The notes under the pieces were generated by a model. That model was not told where the DNA came from. It made no database searches and was given only the letters and a program-made list of their open reading frames with translations. The position numbers and the translations under genes are program-made. DNA of 64,000 nt from Lentisphaerota bacterium (lineage in GTDB: Bacteria; Verrucomicrobiota; Lentisphaeria; Victivallales; UBA1829): assembly GCA_015061915.1 (NCBI GenBank), contig SUVR01000001.1, positions 156,991-220,990 on the forward strand. Reading direction: 5' to 3'. Shown here piece after piece: positions 9,274-16,813 of the stretch. Position 1 is the first letter of the stretch, and the number at the start of each line of letters is the position of its first letter.

Positions 9274-10031
9274 GAAACAATCCCCAGAAACACCGTCTTC
9301 CCCCGTTCCAGAAAAACGGGATTATTCTTGTCAACAAGCCTGCCGGCTGGACCAGCCACGATGTGGTGGCGTTCATGCGGGCGCGGTTCAATATCGTGAA
9401 AGCAGGTCACTGCGGTACGCTGGACCCGGCGGCGACCGGGCTGCTGGTCATTGTGATCGGCAAGTTCACCAAGCTGAGCCAGAAGTTCTCCGGCGAAGAT
9501 AAGATCTACGGCGGAACGATCCTCCTCGGAACGGAAACCGATTCCCAGGATATGGACGGCAACGTTGTCAAGACTTCCGATTACTCGTATGTGACGGAAG
9601 AAAAGCTCAAAGAAGCCTTTGCCGCATTCACCGGCGAGATCATGCAGACCCCGCCCATGGTGTCTGCGGTCAAAGTGGACGGCGAACGGCTGTATAAACT
9701 GGCGCGTCAGGGCAAGGAAGTGGAACGGGAAGCCAAGCCCGTGACGATCCATTCGGTGGATCTGGCAAATATCAATCTGCCGTATGCCGATTTTGTGGTG
9801 CGCTGTTCCAAAGGTACTTACATCCGCACCCTCTGCGCCGATGTGGGGCAGAAACTGGGCTGCGGCGCCGCACTCTTCCGGCTCAACCGGATTCAGAGCG
9901 GTGAGTTTGAACTCAAAGACGCTTATTCTGTGGAAGAAATGAAAGAATGGACCCAGCAGGATCTTGCCGACCGGCTGGATGATTATCTGCACCGGAAACT
10001 GGCGAAAATGGTCCGTTTTTCCAGCTTCTGA
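9270..10031 (+). CDS. truB: tRNA pseudouridine(55) synthase TruB
   Basis: The start forms an ATGA overlap with the nrnA stop. The motif GHCGTLDPAATGLLVI contains the catalytic Asp. Confidence 0.95.
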   Translation: MRNNPQKHRLPPFQKNGIILVNKPAGWTSHDVVAFMRARFNIVKAGHCGTLDPAATGLLVIVIGKFTKLSQKFSGEDKIYGGTILLGTETDSQDMDGNVVKTSDYSYVTEEKLKEAFAAFTGEIMQTPPMVSAVKVDGERLYKLARQGKEVEREAKPVTIHSVDLANINLPYADFVVRCSKGTYIRTLCADVGQKLGCGAALFRLNRIQSGEFELKDAYSVEEMKEWTQQDLADRLDDYLHRKLAKMVRFSSF

Positions 10032-10052
10032 TCCACAAAAAAAGGAGGAGAT

Positions 10053-11651
10053 ATGCTGAGCCTAAACCACATTGAAGAAACCGTGGAAAATATGCTCGCC
10101 GACCGTTTCGGCAGGCTGTTTTCCTTTCCCGTTTCCGAACTGACTGAAGCCGCCATCGCTGCGCTGAAACCCACTTCCGAAGCCGATCGCAAACGGGTGG
10201 AGAAGGAAGTGGAGCTGGTCCTCGCCGCTCAGGATGGTTTCTTCTATTCGGAGGGGAAAGTTTACCCGAAACAGGAATTTTTCCGGGGTACGGAATTCAA
10301 GATCATTCCGACCGCATTCGAGATCGAAAAGGCAGTGCTGTTGCCCGGTGCTGCGTTCATGCCATTCTGCAACAGCGATGAAGTCTTTGCCGATGAGTTC
10401 GTTCTGAAGACCGGAAAGAGCAAGAAACGGAAGACCGTTACGATCAATACCCGGTTTTCCGAGATCGCTCCGGCGTATATGATGCTGGGGAATTCCGGCG
10501 TGATCGATTATCTCTCCGCCGAGTGCGAAGAGAACCGTCTGACCCTCTTCGGCGCACGGGATCTGATGATGGCAAATGTGAAGCTGACCGCTTTCGATAT
10601 GGGCAGTTTCTACCGGGATAACGAGTTCAACGAGGGCGATGCCATTCTGGTCACCGTGGAGGACTGGGAAAAGTGCGTGTTCTCCCTTGCCGTCTGTCGG
10701 GAACAGAGCAGCGATGCAGACAAACAGCAGTTTGTGCGGGATTTTGAACGGGCGCTGCTGAAAGTCTGCGAACAGGACCGGGATTATATCGAGATCCCCC
10801 AACAGATCGCAGAAGCATATCTCTTTGCATACGAAAATGATACGGATTTGAGAAAACGCCCTGTTCTGACGCTGGAAGAGTACCGGCTCCGCATGAATGA
10901 GATCGCTATCAAACGGGACGGCAGCGAATGGCTGCTGGTGCCGGTGGATGATCTGGATACCCCCGGTCAGTTCGAGCAGAGCCTGATCCGCAACCGGGCG
11001 GAACAGGACGCAAAATGCAGCTGCGGACACGATCACGACCACGGCGAATGTGACTGTGGACATCACCACCATGAAAAAGATGAGAATGCCGGCAAGCGCA
11101 CGCTGGACCCGGATCTGGATCCCAATAATTTCTCCATCTCCACCGGTACGCTGGAGTCTATCGACGCCATCCTTGCCGAACTCAATGCGCCCATCAACTC
11201 CGTGGAACTGGGCGCCATGATCTACGATGCCATGTCCAACGGCGAAGAACAGTTTGAAGGATTCCGGTCCAGACTGATGGACTTCATGGAACTCAAGTTC
11301 ACCGACGACGCACAGGAAGTCGCCTTCATCAACTTTCTGGAGGAAAACTGGGAGATCGCTTCCGAATATTTCAGCCCCGCCGAGGACGCCAAGCTGTCGC
11401 CGTTGCGGACCAGATTGCTGGATCTCACCAAGGCTCGGATCGAATATTCCGTGTCCCTGCTGGAACGGCTGAACGGTCAGCCCGTGCCGGAAAAGACTGT
11501 CAAACGACTGGCGGCGATCCACCGGGATATCGTGGACACCCTCTCCCTTCTGAACAGCGACAGCCGTCTGGAAGATGAGGAGCAGTACGAACAGCTGGAA
11601 CTGCGCATCGGAGATATCGAAGACGCTTGGGACGACTTCATGGCACTGTGA
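10053..11651 (+). CDS. Acidic hypothetical protein with a His/Cys-rich metal-binding-like insert; last gene of the nusA-truB operon
   Basis: A strong AAGGAGGAG Shine-Dalgarno precedes the start, 21 nt after truB. The amino-acid composition looks natural, unlike the antisense ORF. It contains CSCGHDHDHGECDCGHHHH. I recognise no family. Confidence 0.8.
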   Translation: MLSLNHIEETVENMLADRFGRLFSFPVSELTEAAIAALKPTSEADRKRVEKEVELVLAAQDGFFYSEGKVYPKQEFFRGTEFKIIPTAFEIEKAVLLPGAAFMPFCNSDEVFADEFVLKTGKSKKRKTVTINTRFSEIAPAYMMLGNSGVIDYLSAECEENRLTLFGARDLMMANVKLTAFDMGSFYRDNEFNEGDAILVTVEDWEKCVFSLAVCREQSSDADKQQFVRDFERALLKVCEQDRDYIEIPQQIAEAYLFAYENDTDLRKRPVLTLEEYRLRMNEIAIKRDGSEWLLVPVDDLDTPGQFEQSLIRNRAEQDAKCSCGHDHDHGECDCGHHHHEKDENAGKRTLDPDLDPNNFSISTGTLESIDAILAELNAPINSVELGAMIYDAMSNGEEQFEGFRSRLMDFMELKFTDDAQEVAFINFLEENWEIASEYFSPAEDAKLSPLRTRLLDLTKARIEYSVSLLERLNGQPVPEKTVKRLAAIHRDIVDTLSLLNSDSRLEDEEQYEQLELRIGDIEDAWDDFMAL

Positions 11652-11692
11652 GCAGACGCCGGGGCGCGGCAGTGAGCCACGCAGTGGCTCCA

Positions 11693-11743
11693 CCGCACAA
11701 AAAAAGATGCACGCCGCAAAGCGTGCGTCTTTTTTGTGTGCGG
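11693..11743. terminator. Bidirectional intrinsic terminator (central long hairpin)
   Basis: The stem is about 22 bp (CCGCACAAAAAAAGATGCACGC with GCGTGCGTCTTTTTTGTGTGCGG), with one G-T wobble and one bulge. The A-tract and T-tract give a U-run in either orientation. Confidence 0.75.
11709..11743 (+). repeat. Hairpin-motif copy L (GCACGCC-N5-GCGTGC-GTCTTTTTTGTGTG)
   Basis: This is the first of three same-orientation copies. The others are at 12822-12850 and 12891-12923. Confidence 0.7.
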
Positions 11744-11797
11744 TGCGCCTGAGCTGCGCTCAGGCTGCTGCCGCGCCCTGCTGGTTCAGAGGGGGGA

Positions 11798-12331
11798 TTA
11801 TTTGTACTTTGAAATATCAATATCGTATTCAGCGGCAATACTCAAACATTCCATATAGGTAGTACTGATTTCATTGGATATTTGCAGCTCTGCATTTCTT
11901 AGTTGTTTTGCCTCATTTTCCATTTCCGTTATTGTGCCAAAATCAAGTACTAACCCACGAAAGAAAGCTTCAATCATTTTTGCATCTGAATTAAAACGAA
12001 TAATGAAACTTTCTATTTCTTTTTCCAAACGAGCCTTGCGCCGCCAAGCTGCAAGATGTTTTAAATATGCTGATGTAAATCTTGGGGGGCACCCCTCTAA
12101 AGAAACAGCCCTCATCTTATTGAATTGTGCTTCTGCTGATGAGGAACTGCAGTTTTGGTCTTCATTTAAAACTCTTATAATCGCTACTCGCTGTTCTATA
12201 ATTCTAATAGTATTTCCCTTACTATCATTCTCTGTTAAGTTAACTTTATTTTCGGTAGATTCATCGCAAGCTGTTATAAAGAGTAAGACGCAAGAGATCA
12301 ATGCAAGATTGACTGTTATTTTTTTGAACAT
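11798..12331 (-). CDS. Orphan lipoprotein (hypothetical), low-GC gene
   Basis: The signal peptide carries a lipobox (LLFITA-C). Codon usage is AT-rich and unlike the neighbouring genes. I recognise no family. Confidence 0.7.
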   Translation of the reverse strand: MFKKITVNLALISCVLLFITACDESTENKVNLTENDSKGNTIRIIEQRVAIIRVLNEDQNCSSSSAEAQFNKMRAVSLEGCPPRFTSAYLKHLAAWRRKARLEKEIESFIIRFNSDAKMIEAFFRGLVLDFGTITEMENEAKQLRNAELQISNEISTTYMECLSIAAEYDIDISKYK

Positions 12332-12522
12332 GGTTTATCCTTTCCTGTTTTGTTTTTTGTGTTGTATGCGTGCTTTTTGTTTAGGAATCTGATTATTTGT
12401 GATTATACTCCTCCTTGTTATTGGTTGAAAATGGACAAGCGCTAACAGAGACGGAGCAACGCAGGAATGGAAAATCATGCTGTGAGCAAGGCATAAAAAA
12501 AGCCGGACGCCTCTGTTTTACC

Positions 12523-12665
12523 ATGCCAGCGGGTCCGACCAAGAACCTGTCTCACGGGTACAACGAAACATCCGGCAAGATGTGCTGTAGACACAATCTC
12601 ACCAGATACATTTCAACCACTCGCAAGACAAATAATGCTTTTTAACTTGGTCGGTTTGCTGGCAT
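12523..12665. repeat. Imperfect inverted repeat closing about 100 nt; a structured RNA or a MITE-like remnant
   Basis: ATGCCAGC (12523-12530) pairs with GCTGGCAT (12658-12665). CCGACCAAG (12535-12543) pairs with CTTGGTCGG (12646-12654). The region is non-coding. Confidence 0.5.
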
Positions 12666-12821
12666 ATTTGCTGAAATATAACGGCTATAAATGAGCTGCG
12701 ATATTCAAATCGCTTTTATAAAGATAGCATTTGTTGAGTAAAAATGCAAGGTGACTTTCTTACTTTTACGAAAAAACGAAATGCAGAACAGAAGAAGACA
12801 GTCGCTTTTCGGAGTTCTCCC

Positions 12822-12850
12822 GCACGCCTACAGCGTGCATGTTTTTGTGG
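12822..12850 (+). repeat. Hairpin-motif copy R1 (GCACGCC-TACA-GCGTGC-ATGTTTTTGTGG)
   Basis: A 6-bp stem pairs 12822-12827 with 12833-12838, and the T-run is on the plus strand. It is homologous to copy L. Confidence 0.7.
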
Positions 12851-12860
12851 TTGCTGATGA

Positions 12861-12880
12861 CCTGTGGGCAAGCCCACAGG
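12861..12880. other. Perfect hairpin CCTGTGGGC/GCCCACAGG
   Basis: It lies between copies R1 and R2, downstream of the minus-strand epimerase gene. Confidence 0.6.
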
Positions 12881-12890
12881 CTATAATCTT

Positions 12891-12923
12891 GCACGCCTAT
12901 AGCGTGCTTGCTTTGTGCGTGCG
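12891..12923 (+). repeat. Hairpin-motif copy R2 (GCACGCC-TATA-GCGTGC-TTGCTTTGTGCG)
   Basis: A 6-bp stem pairs 12891-12896 with 12902-12907. It has the same orientation as copies L and R1. Confidence 0.65.
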
Positions 12924-12935
12924 TATCTGTGCCGG

Positions 12936-14114
12936 TCAGCTCTGTTGTGCCTGGATCTTGCGCATCTGGTCCAGGGCGATAAAGAGACATCTCGGCAGGT
13001 GGAACATGGTCTTCCACTTGCCGCCCTTGAGCATATGCGTGGGTTCGCCGCGACGGTTGAGATAGGCGAACCATTCGGGATACTCTTTGTCCTTGAAGTG
13101 CGCCCACGCCCAGTTGTCGATCTCCCTGAACTTTTCCAAAAAGTACTCATCGCCGGTGAGCCGGTAGGCGAACAGGGTGGCGAGGATCGCTTCGTTGTGC
13201 GGCCACCAGAGTTTCATATCCCACTGCAGTTCCAGATGGGGCTTGCCGAGGGCGTCCATAAAGTAGTAGATCCCGCCGTATTCTTTGTCGGTGCCGAAGG
13301 TCAGCAGCGCCTTGACGATCCGGGCGGCTTTTGCGATCATTTCCTGATCGCCCCGGCGTTCGGCGTAGTTCATAACGAACCACATACTTTCCAGCCCGTG
13401 ACCGGGGTTGATAAAGCGTCCTTCGCAGCTTTCCAGATCGAAGGAGCCATCGGGATTGACGTTCTCAAAGAGGACCTGCATTTCTTCGTTCCAGAACATA
13501 TCGAGAACGGTCCGGACGGCGCGGTCGCAGTCGGCATCGTACTGATCGGTGCCGAGACATTCCCGCATAACCACGCCCAGGTTTGCCAGAATCATAAAAT
13601 GACCGTGTGAGAGCCGTTTCTGCTTGGCGGGGAGCGCCTTTTCCCAGCGACCTTTGGGGGCGTCCATGCGGCGGATATAGTTCTGCATGGCGGCGTCCGC
13701 CTCCGCCTTGTATTTTGCCTCGCCGGTGGCTTTGAACATGGCGGCGGCACCCATGGCGGCGAAGCAGTCGGAGAAGATATTGGAGGGTGCCATGGTGGGT
13801 TCGCCTTTCCGGTTGAGGGCGAAATAGTAAGTGCCGTCTTCGCTTTTGCCGTATTTTGTGAGGAAATCGAAGCCCTGTTTTGCGATCTCCAGCCATTTTT
13901 CCTTGCGGTAGCTGCTCATGTAGAAGGTGGCGAACATATAAACGATCCGCCACTGCATCCACATATATTTTTCGGTGTCATAGACGGATCCGTCCCGGTC
14001 AAGACTGGTGAAATATCCGCCGAATTCGTGGTCGACGCAGTGATCCTCCCAGAAGGGGATAACCTCGTTGATGAGTTCGTTTTCGTAGCGCTGAATGTAC
14101 GGTGTGAAGTCCAT
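12936..14114 (-). CDS. N-acylglucosamine 2-epimerase (AGE/renin-binding-protein) family
   Basis: The N-terminus YENELINEVIPFWEDHCVDHEFGGYFTSLDRDG and (alpha/alpha)6-barrel-type repeats along the protein are typical of AGE/cellobiose 2-epimerase enzymes. Confidence 0.78.
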   Translation of the reverse strand: MDFTPYIQRYENELINEVIPFWEDHCVDHEFGGYFTSLDRDGSVYDTEKYMWMQWRIVYMFATFYMSSYRKEKWLEIAKQGFDFLTKYGKSEDGTYYFALNRKGEPTMAPSNIFSDCFAAMGAAAMFKATGEAKYKAEADAAMQNYIRRMDAPKGRWEKALPAKQKRLSHGHFMILANLGVVMRECLGTDQYDADCDRAVRTVLDMFWNEEMQVLFENVNPDGSFDLESCEGRFINPGHGLESMWFVMNYAERRGDQEMIAKAARIVKALLTFGTDKEYGGIYYFMDALGKPHLELQWDMKLWWPHNEAILATLFAYRLTGDEYFLEKFREIDNWAWAHFKDKEYPEWFAYLNRRGEPTHMLKGGKWKTMFHLPRCLFIALDQMRKIQAQQS

Positions 14115-14131
14115 TTTTGAAATTCCTTCTG

Positions 14132-14608
14132 TTACTTTGTAAGATCAACAAATTGAGCGTTTATGAATGCGGCGAGTTCCTCCGGGTCCAACCCCAGATT
14201 GATACCGATCCTGCCGCCGCTGACACAGATCTTGTCGAACAGGATCGCCGTTTCGTCGATGTATGTCGGAAAGAGCTTTTTCATGCCGATGGGCGAGCAG
14301 CCGCCGTGAATGTATCCGGTCAGAGGGAACAGCAGTTTCTGGGGGATCATTTCGATGGATTTTCTGCCGCACGCCTTTGCCGCTTTTTTCAAATCCAGTT
14401 CTCCGGAGGCGGGGACCACGAAGACAAAATAATCCTTTCCCGGAGGCGCCTGTGTCACAAGTGTCTTGAAGACCTGATCCGGGCTTTCCCCGATCTTTTC
14501 GGCGATGGATTTGCCGTCGATCCTGCCGTCGCTGACATCATATTCATAAAAGCGGAACGGTACATTTCCGTTTTCCAGCAGACGGATCGCATTTGTTTTT
14601 TCAGCCAT
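14132..14608 (-). CDS. ybaK: Cys-tRNA(Pro)/Cys-tRNA(Cys) deacylase YbaK
   Basis: The 158-aa protein starts MAEKTNAIRLLE...FRFYEY and contains GYIHGGCSPIG. The start forms a TAATG overlap with the upstream gene. Confidence 0.88.
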   Translation of the reverse strand: MAEKTNAIRLLENGNVPFRFYEYDVSDGRIDGKSIAEKIGESPDQVFKTLVTQAPPGKDYFVFVVPASGELDLKKAAKACGRKSIEMIPQKLLFPLTGYIHGGCSPIGMKKLFPTYIDETAILFDKICVSGGRIGINLGLDPEELAAFINAQFVDLTK

Positions 14609-16719
14609 TACTTGTATTCCTTTCCGGCATCCGCGCTTTCCCGGAGAACGTTCCGGAAGCGTTCCAGATAGAGATTGCCCATGTGACCGCCGGCATCGAA
14701 CCAGGTGGCACGTTTGCCGAAGGTCTGATCCAGAAAATGTTTGTCCTGTTCATTCAGCAGAATGTCGTTCCAGTTGTGGATGAGGTAGACCTTATCCGTC
14801 CTGCCGAGAAAATCTTTGAGGGGGTACAGCCCGGCATCCCGTACGAGGGTGGGAAAATCTTTCCGGATTCCCTGCTGTTCCAGTTCGGGCAGGAGAAATG
14901 TTTTTGCGTAGCGTTCAAAATCGAAGCGGTCCAGTTCATCGTAAAGACTGTTGCGGTTGGACCAGTCCGTATTGTTCCGGATGCCGGGCAGCGGCGACTT
15001 CAAATGACGGCGGAACAGGATGTCCCGGATGCCGCTGCGGAGCATGATGGATGCGATATATTCTGCCGTTTTTTCTTCAAACCGGGGAACGAGGAACGCC
15101 ATCTGTGCCACCCGTCCGGCGGGATCGTTCTGTTCCACGGGCATGACAGGGATGTGTGCGCTGTTCAGCAGGAGCAGTTCGCCCACGGTGCCGGGGATCT
15201 TTTCTTTCAGGTCATCGGCGGAGAGCGGGACAGATTTTTTCAGACCGGCATCCAATTTCTGCATGGCGCAGCCCAGATCTGCGGGGGGATTGATGAGAAC
15301 GGCACGGCGGATGTCGAGGGTGTTTTTCTGTTCTTCCGCTGCCATGATATGGGCAGCACAGACGGCGCCGTAACTCCAGCCAACGAGGATGACCGGTCCT
15401 TTGTAATTCAGGTCAGACAAAATGGTGGTGAAGTAATTGCGGAGCCGTTGCGCATCTGCGGGAACGTACCCGGGGAAAGCATCATTGCCGGCGCCCTGTT
15501 CCATGCCGCGCCAGAAAAAGACGCTGTCCACCGAGATGACATCGTGTCCTGCATTGTGGAAGGTTTCTGCCACGGCGAGAGTGGAGCTGCCGTCGTAAGT
15601 GCCGTCGATCCCCGGAATGATGATGACCAGCGGCAGTTTTTTGCGGACTTCCCCTTCTTCCGGTTCGGGCTGGGGGAAGTATGCGTAGCGTGCTTTTTCC
15701 CGGTCTTCACCGCGGTCGATCTTGCGGATGTCGATCGTCCGGTAGAAATTGGTCCCCCAGAGGGTATGGGGCAGCCACCAGTAATCGTTGGATCGGATGG
15801 GCGTGGTGAGGACGGCACGGAGTGTTTCGATGGCGGGAGTCTGGCGGTCGTATTCCGGAGCGGCGATCCAGTTTCCTTTCAGATCATCCGGTTTTGGACA
15901 GGGCTTGGCGAACGTGACAGGCAGGGGCGGCGCGGGGAGGACATTTCCTTCTTCATCCAGCATGGCTTCTTTTTCATCATCCAGCTGATTGAGCTTGGCA
16001 TACTTCCAGCGGGCGAGCTGATTCTCCCGGTAGATCGTGTGCATGGAGCGGAAAGTCTTGTACCGGTCACTGCTGCCCTTGACAATAGGAGCGTATGCCT
16101 GCTGATTCACCACAAAACGGTTGAGGGTGGCGAGGTAGGTGTAGGGCAGATATGTCTTGATGTCGAACGCGCAGTCAAAGAAAAATCCCACGGTATCGCG
16201 TACATTAGTTCCCTTGCAGAAGGGCAGGATGAATGTACAGCCGGGCCCGATGCCCCAGATGGCGAACATCTGCCCGAAATCGGATTCGGTGGAATGGATG
16301 TCAAACCACCATTCTGCCACATCGAAGATCCCGGCAACGCCCAGCGTGGTGTTGATGAAGAAACGGCAGGTCTCATCCCAGCATCCTTTCCACTCGGCAG
16401 AACCGAGTGTGGTGATGAACCGGGCGGGCCATTCCAGATTGAGGCAGACCCGTTCCATGGCATTGATGGCAGGGCGGGGCATGATGGAACCGTAGCCGCG
16501 CGCCACGGGATCGGCGATCCATTCCATGCAGAAATCGTTGACCGTGAACATAGTACGGTTGAATCCCTCCAGTGGATCCGGTCCGGCGAGTTCATTTTCC
16601 ACACGGGTGGGATACCAGCCGAGGCTGGGGTCCTGTTCCAGGCAGATCCGGTCGGATGCACAGGCGGTCAGCAGGCAGAGCAGGAGCAGAAGGCAGGCAA
16701 GAGTACCATATTTTTTCAT
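14608..16719 (-). CDS. Lipoprotein fusing an MlaA/VacJ-like domain to a C-terminal alpha/beta hydrolase
   Basis: The lipobox is LLTA-C. The N-terminal region has MlaA-like motifs NRTMFTVNDF...NLEWPARF...RFFINTTLGVAGIFDVA...DFGQMFAIWGIGPGCTFILPF. The C-terminal region has GWSYG (nucleophile elbow), NWNDILL and GGHMGN in Ser-Asp-His order. Confidence 0.8.
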   Translation of the reverse strand: MKKYGTLACLLLLLCLLTACASDRICLEQDPSLGWYPTRVENELAGPDPLEGFNRTMFTVNDFCMEWIADPVARGYGSIMPRPAINAMERVCLNLEWPARFITTLGSAEWKGCWDETCRFFINTTLGVAGIFDVAEWWFDIHSTESDFGQMFAIWGIGPGCTFILPFCKGTNVRDTVGFFFDCAFDIKTYLPYTYLATLNRFVVNQQAYAPIVKGSSDRYKTFRSMHTIYRENQLARWKYAKLNQLDDEKEAMLDEEGNVLPAPPLPVTFAKPCPKPDDLKGNWIAAPEYDRQTPAIETLRAVLTTPIRSNDYWWLPHTLWGTNFYRTIDIRKIDRGEDREKARYAYFPQPEPEEGEVRKKLPLVIIIPGIDGTYDGSSTLAVAETFHNAGHDVISVDSVFFWRGMEQGAGNDAFPGYVPADAQRLRNYFTTILSDLNYKGPVILVGWSYGAVCAAHIMAAEEQKNTLDIRRAVLINPPADLGCAMQKLDAGLKKSVPLSADDLKEKIPGTVGELLLLNSAHIPVMPVEQNDPAGRVAQMAFLVPRFEEKTAEYIASIMLRSGIRDILFRRHLKSPLPGIRNNTDWSNRNSLYDELDRFDFERYAKTFLLPELEQQGIRKDFPTLVRDAGLYPLKDFLGRTDKVYLIHNWNDILLNEQDKHFLDQTFGKRATWFDAGGHMGNLYLERFRNVLRESADAGKEYK

Positions 16720-16758
16720 ATTGCAGATCCCGGTAATTTTTGTTTAAATCCTGTTCTG

Positions 16759-16786
16759 AATATAGCGCACGGGGCAGAAAATTCAA
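16759..16786 (-). promoter_or_regulatory. Candidate promoter of the MlaA-hydrolase/ybaK/epimerase operon
   Basis: On the minus strand: TTGAAT (16781-16786), a 16-nt spacer, then TATATT (16759-16764). Confidence 0.45.
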
Positions 16787-16813
16787 GCATGAAAACGGCT
16801 GAAAGATGAAAAA

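Larger units (their letters stand above)
11662..11778. other. Compact four-way-junction hairpin cluster, 117 nt
   Basis: The outer stem pairs GGGCGCGGCAG (11662-11672) with CTGCCGCGCCC (11768-11778). It encloses three hairpins at 11674-11690, 11693-11743 and 11747-11765, joined by linkers of 1-3 nt. Confidence 0.6.
11790..12815. other. AT-rich islet, likely horizontally acquired
   Basis: By eye this stretch is clearly more AT-rich than both flanks. It holds one lipoprotein gene and about 500 bp with no credible ORF. It is bracketed by the hairpin-motif copies. Confidence 0.55.

Noticed and set aside
10062-11693. A 543-aa minus-strand ORF competing with the 532-aa plus-strand ORF
   Set aside because: Neither has a known family. 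The plus-strand ORF has a strong Shine-Dalgarno sequence, operon context, a natural acidic composition and a terminator directly after its stop. The minus-strand ORF has a shadow-type composition and shares the codon phase.
12415-13065. Small plus-strand ORFs in the islet and its border (12415..12645 at 76 aa; 12751..13065 at 104 aa)
   Set aside because: Neither has a Shine-Dalgarno sequence, and both have odd composition. The second runs through the hairpin repeats and into the epimerase gene on the opposite strand. I treated the region as non-coding.
14593-16809. A 738-aa plus-strand ORF
   Set aside because: It is a codon-aligned shadow of the MlaA-hydrolase gene. The minus-strand product has a lipobox, MlaA blocks and a Ser-Asp-His hydrolase triad. 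The plus-strand translation has none.
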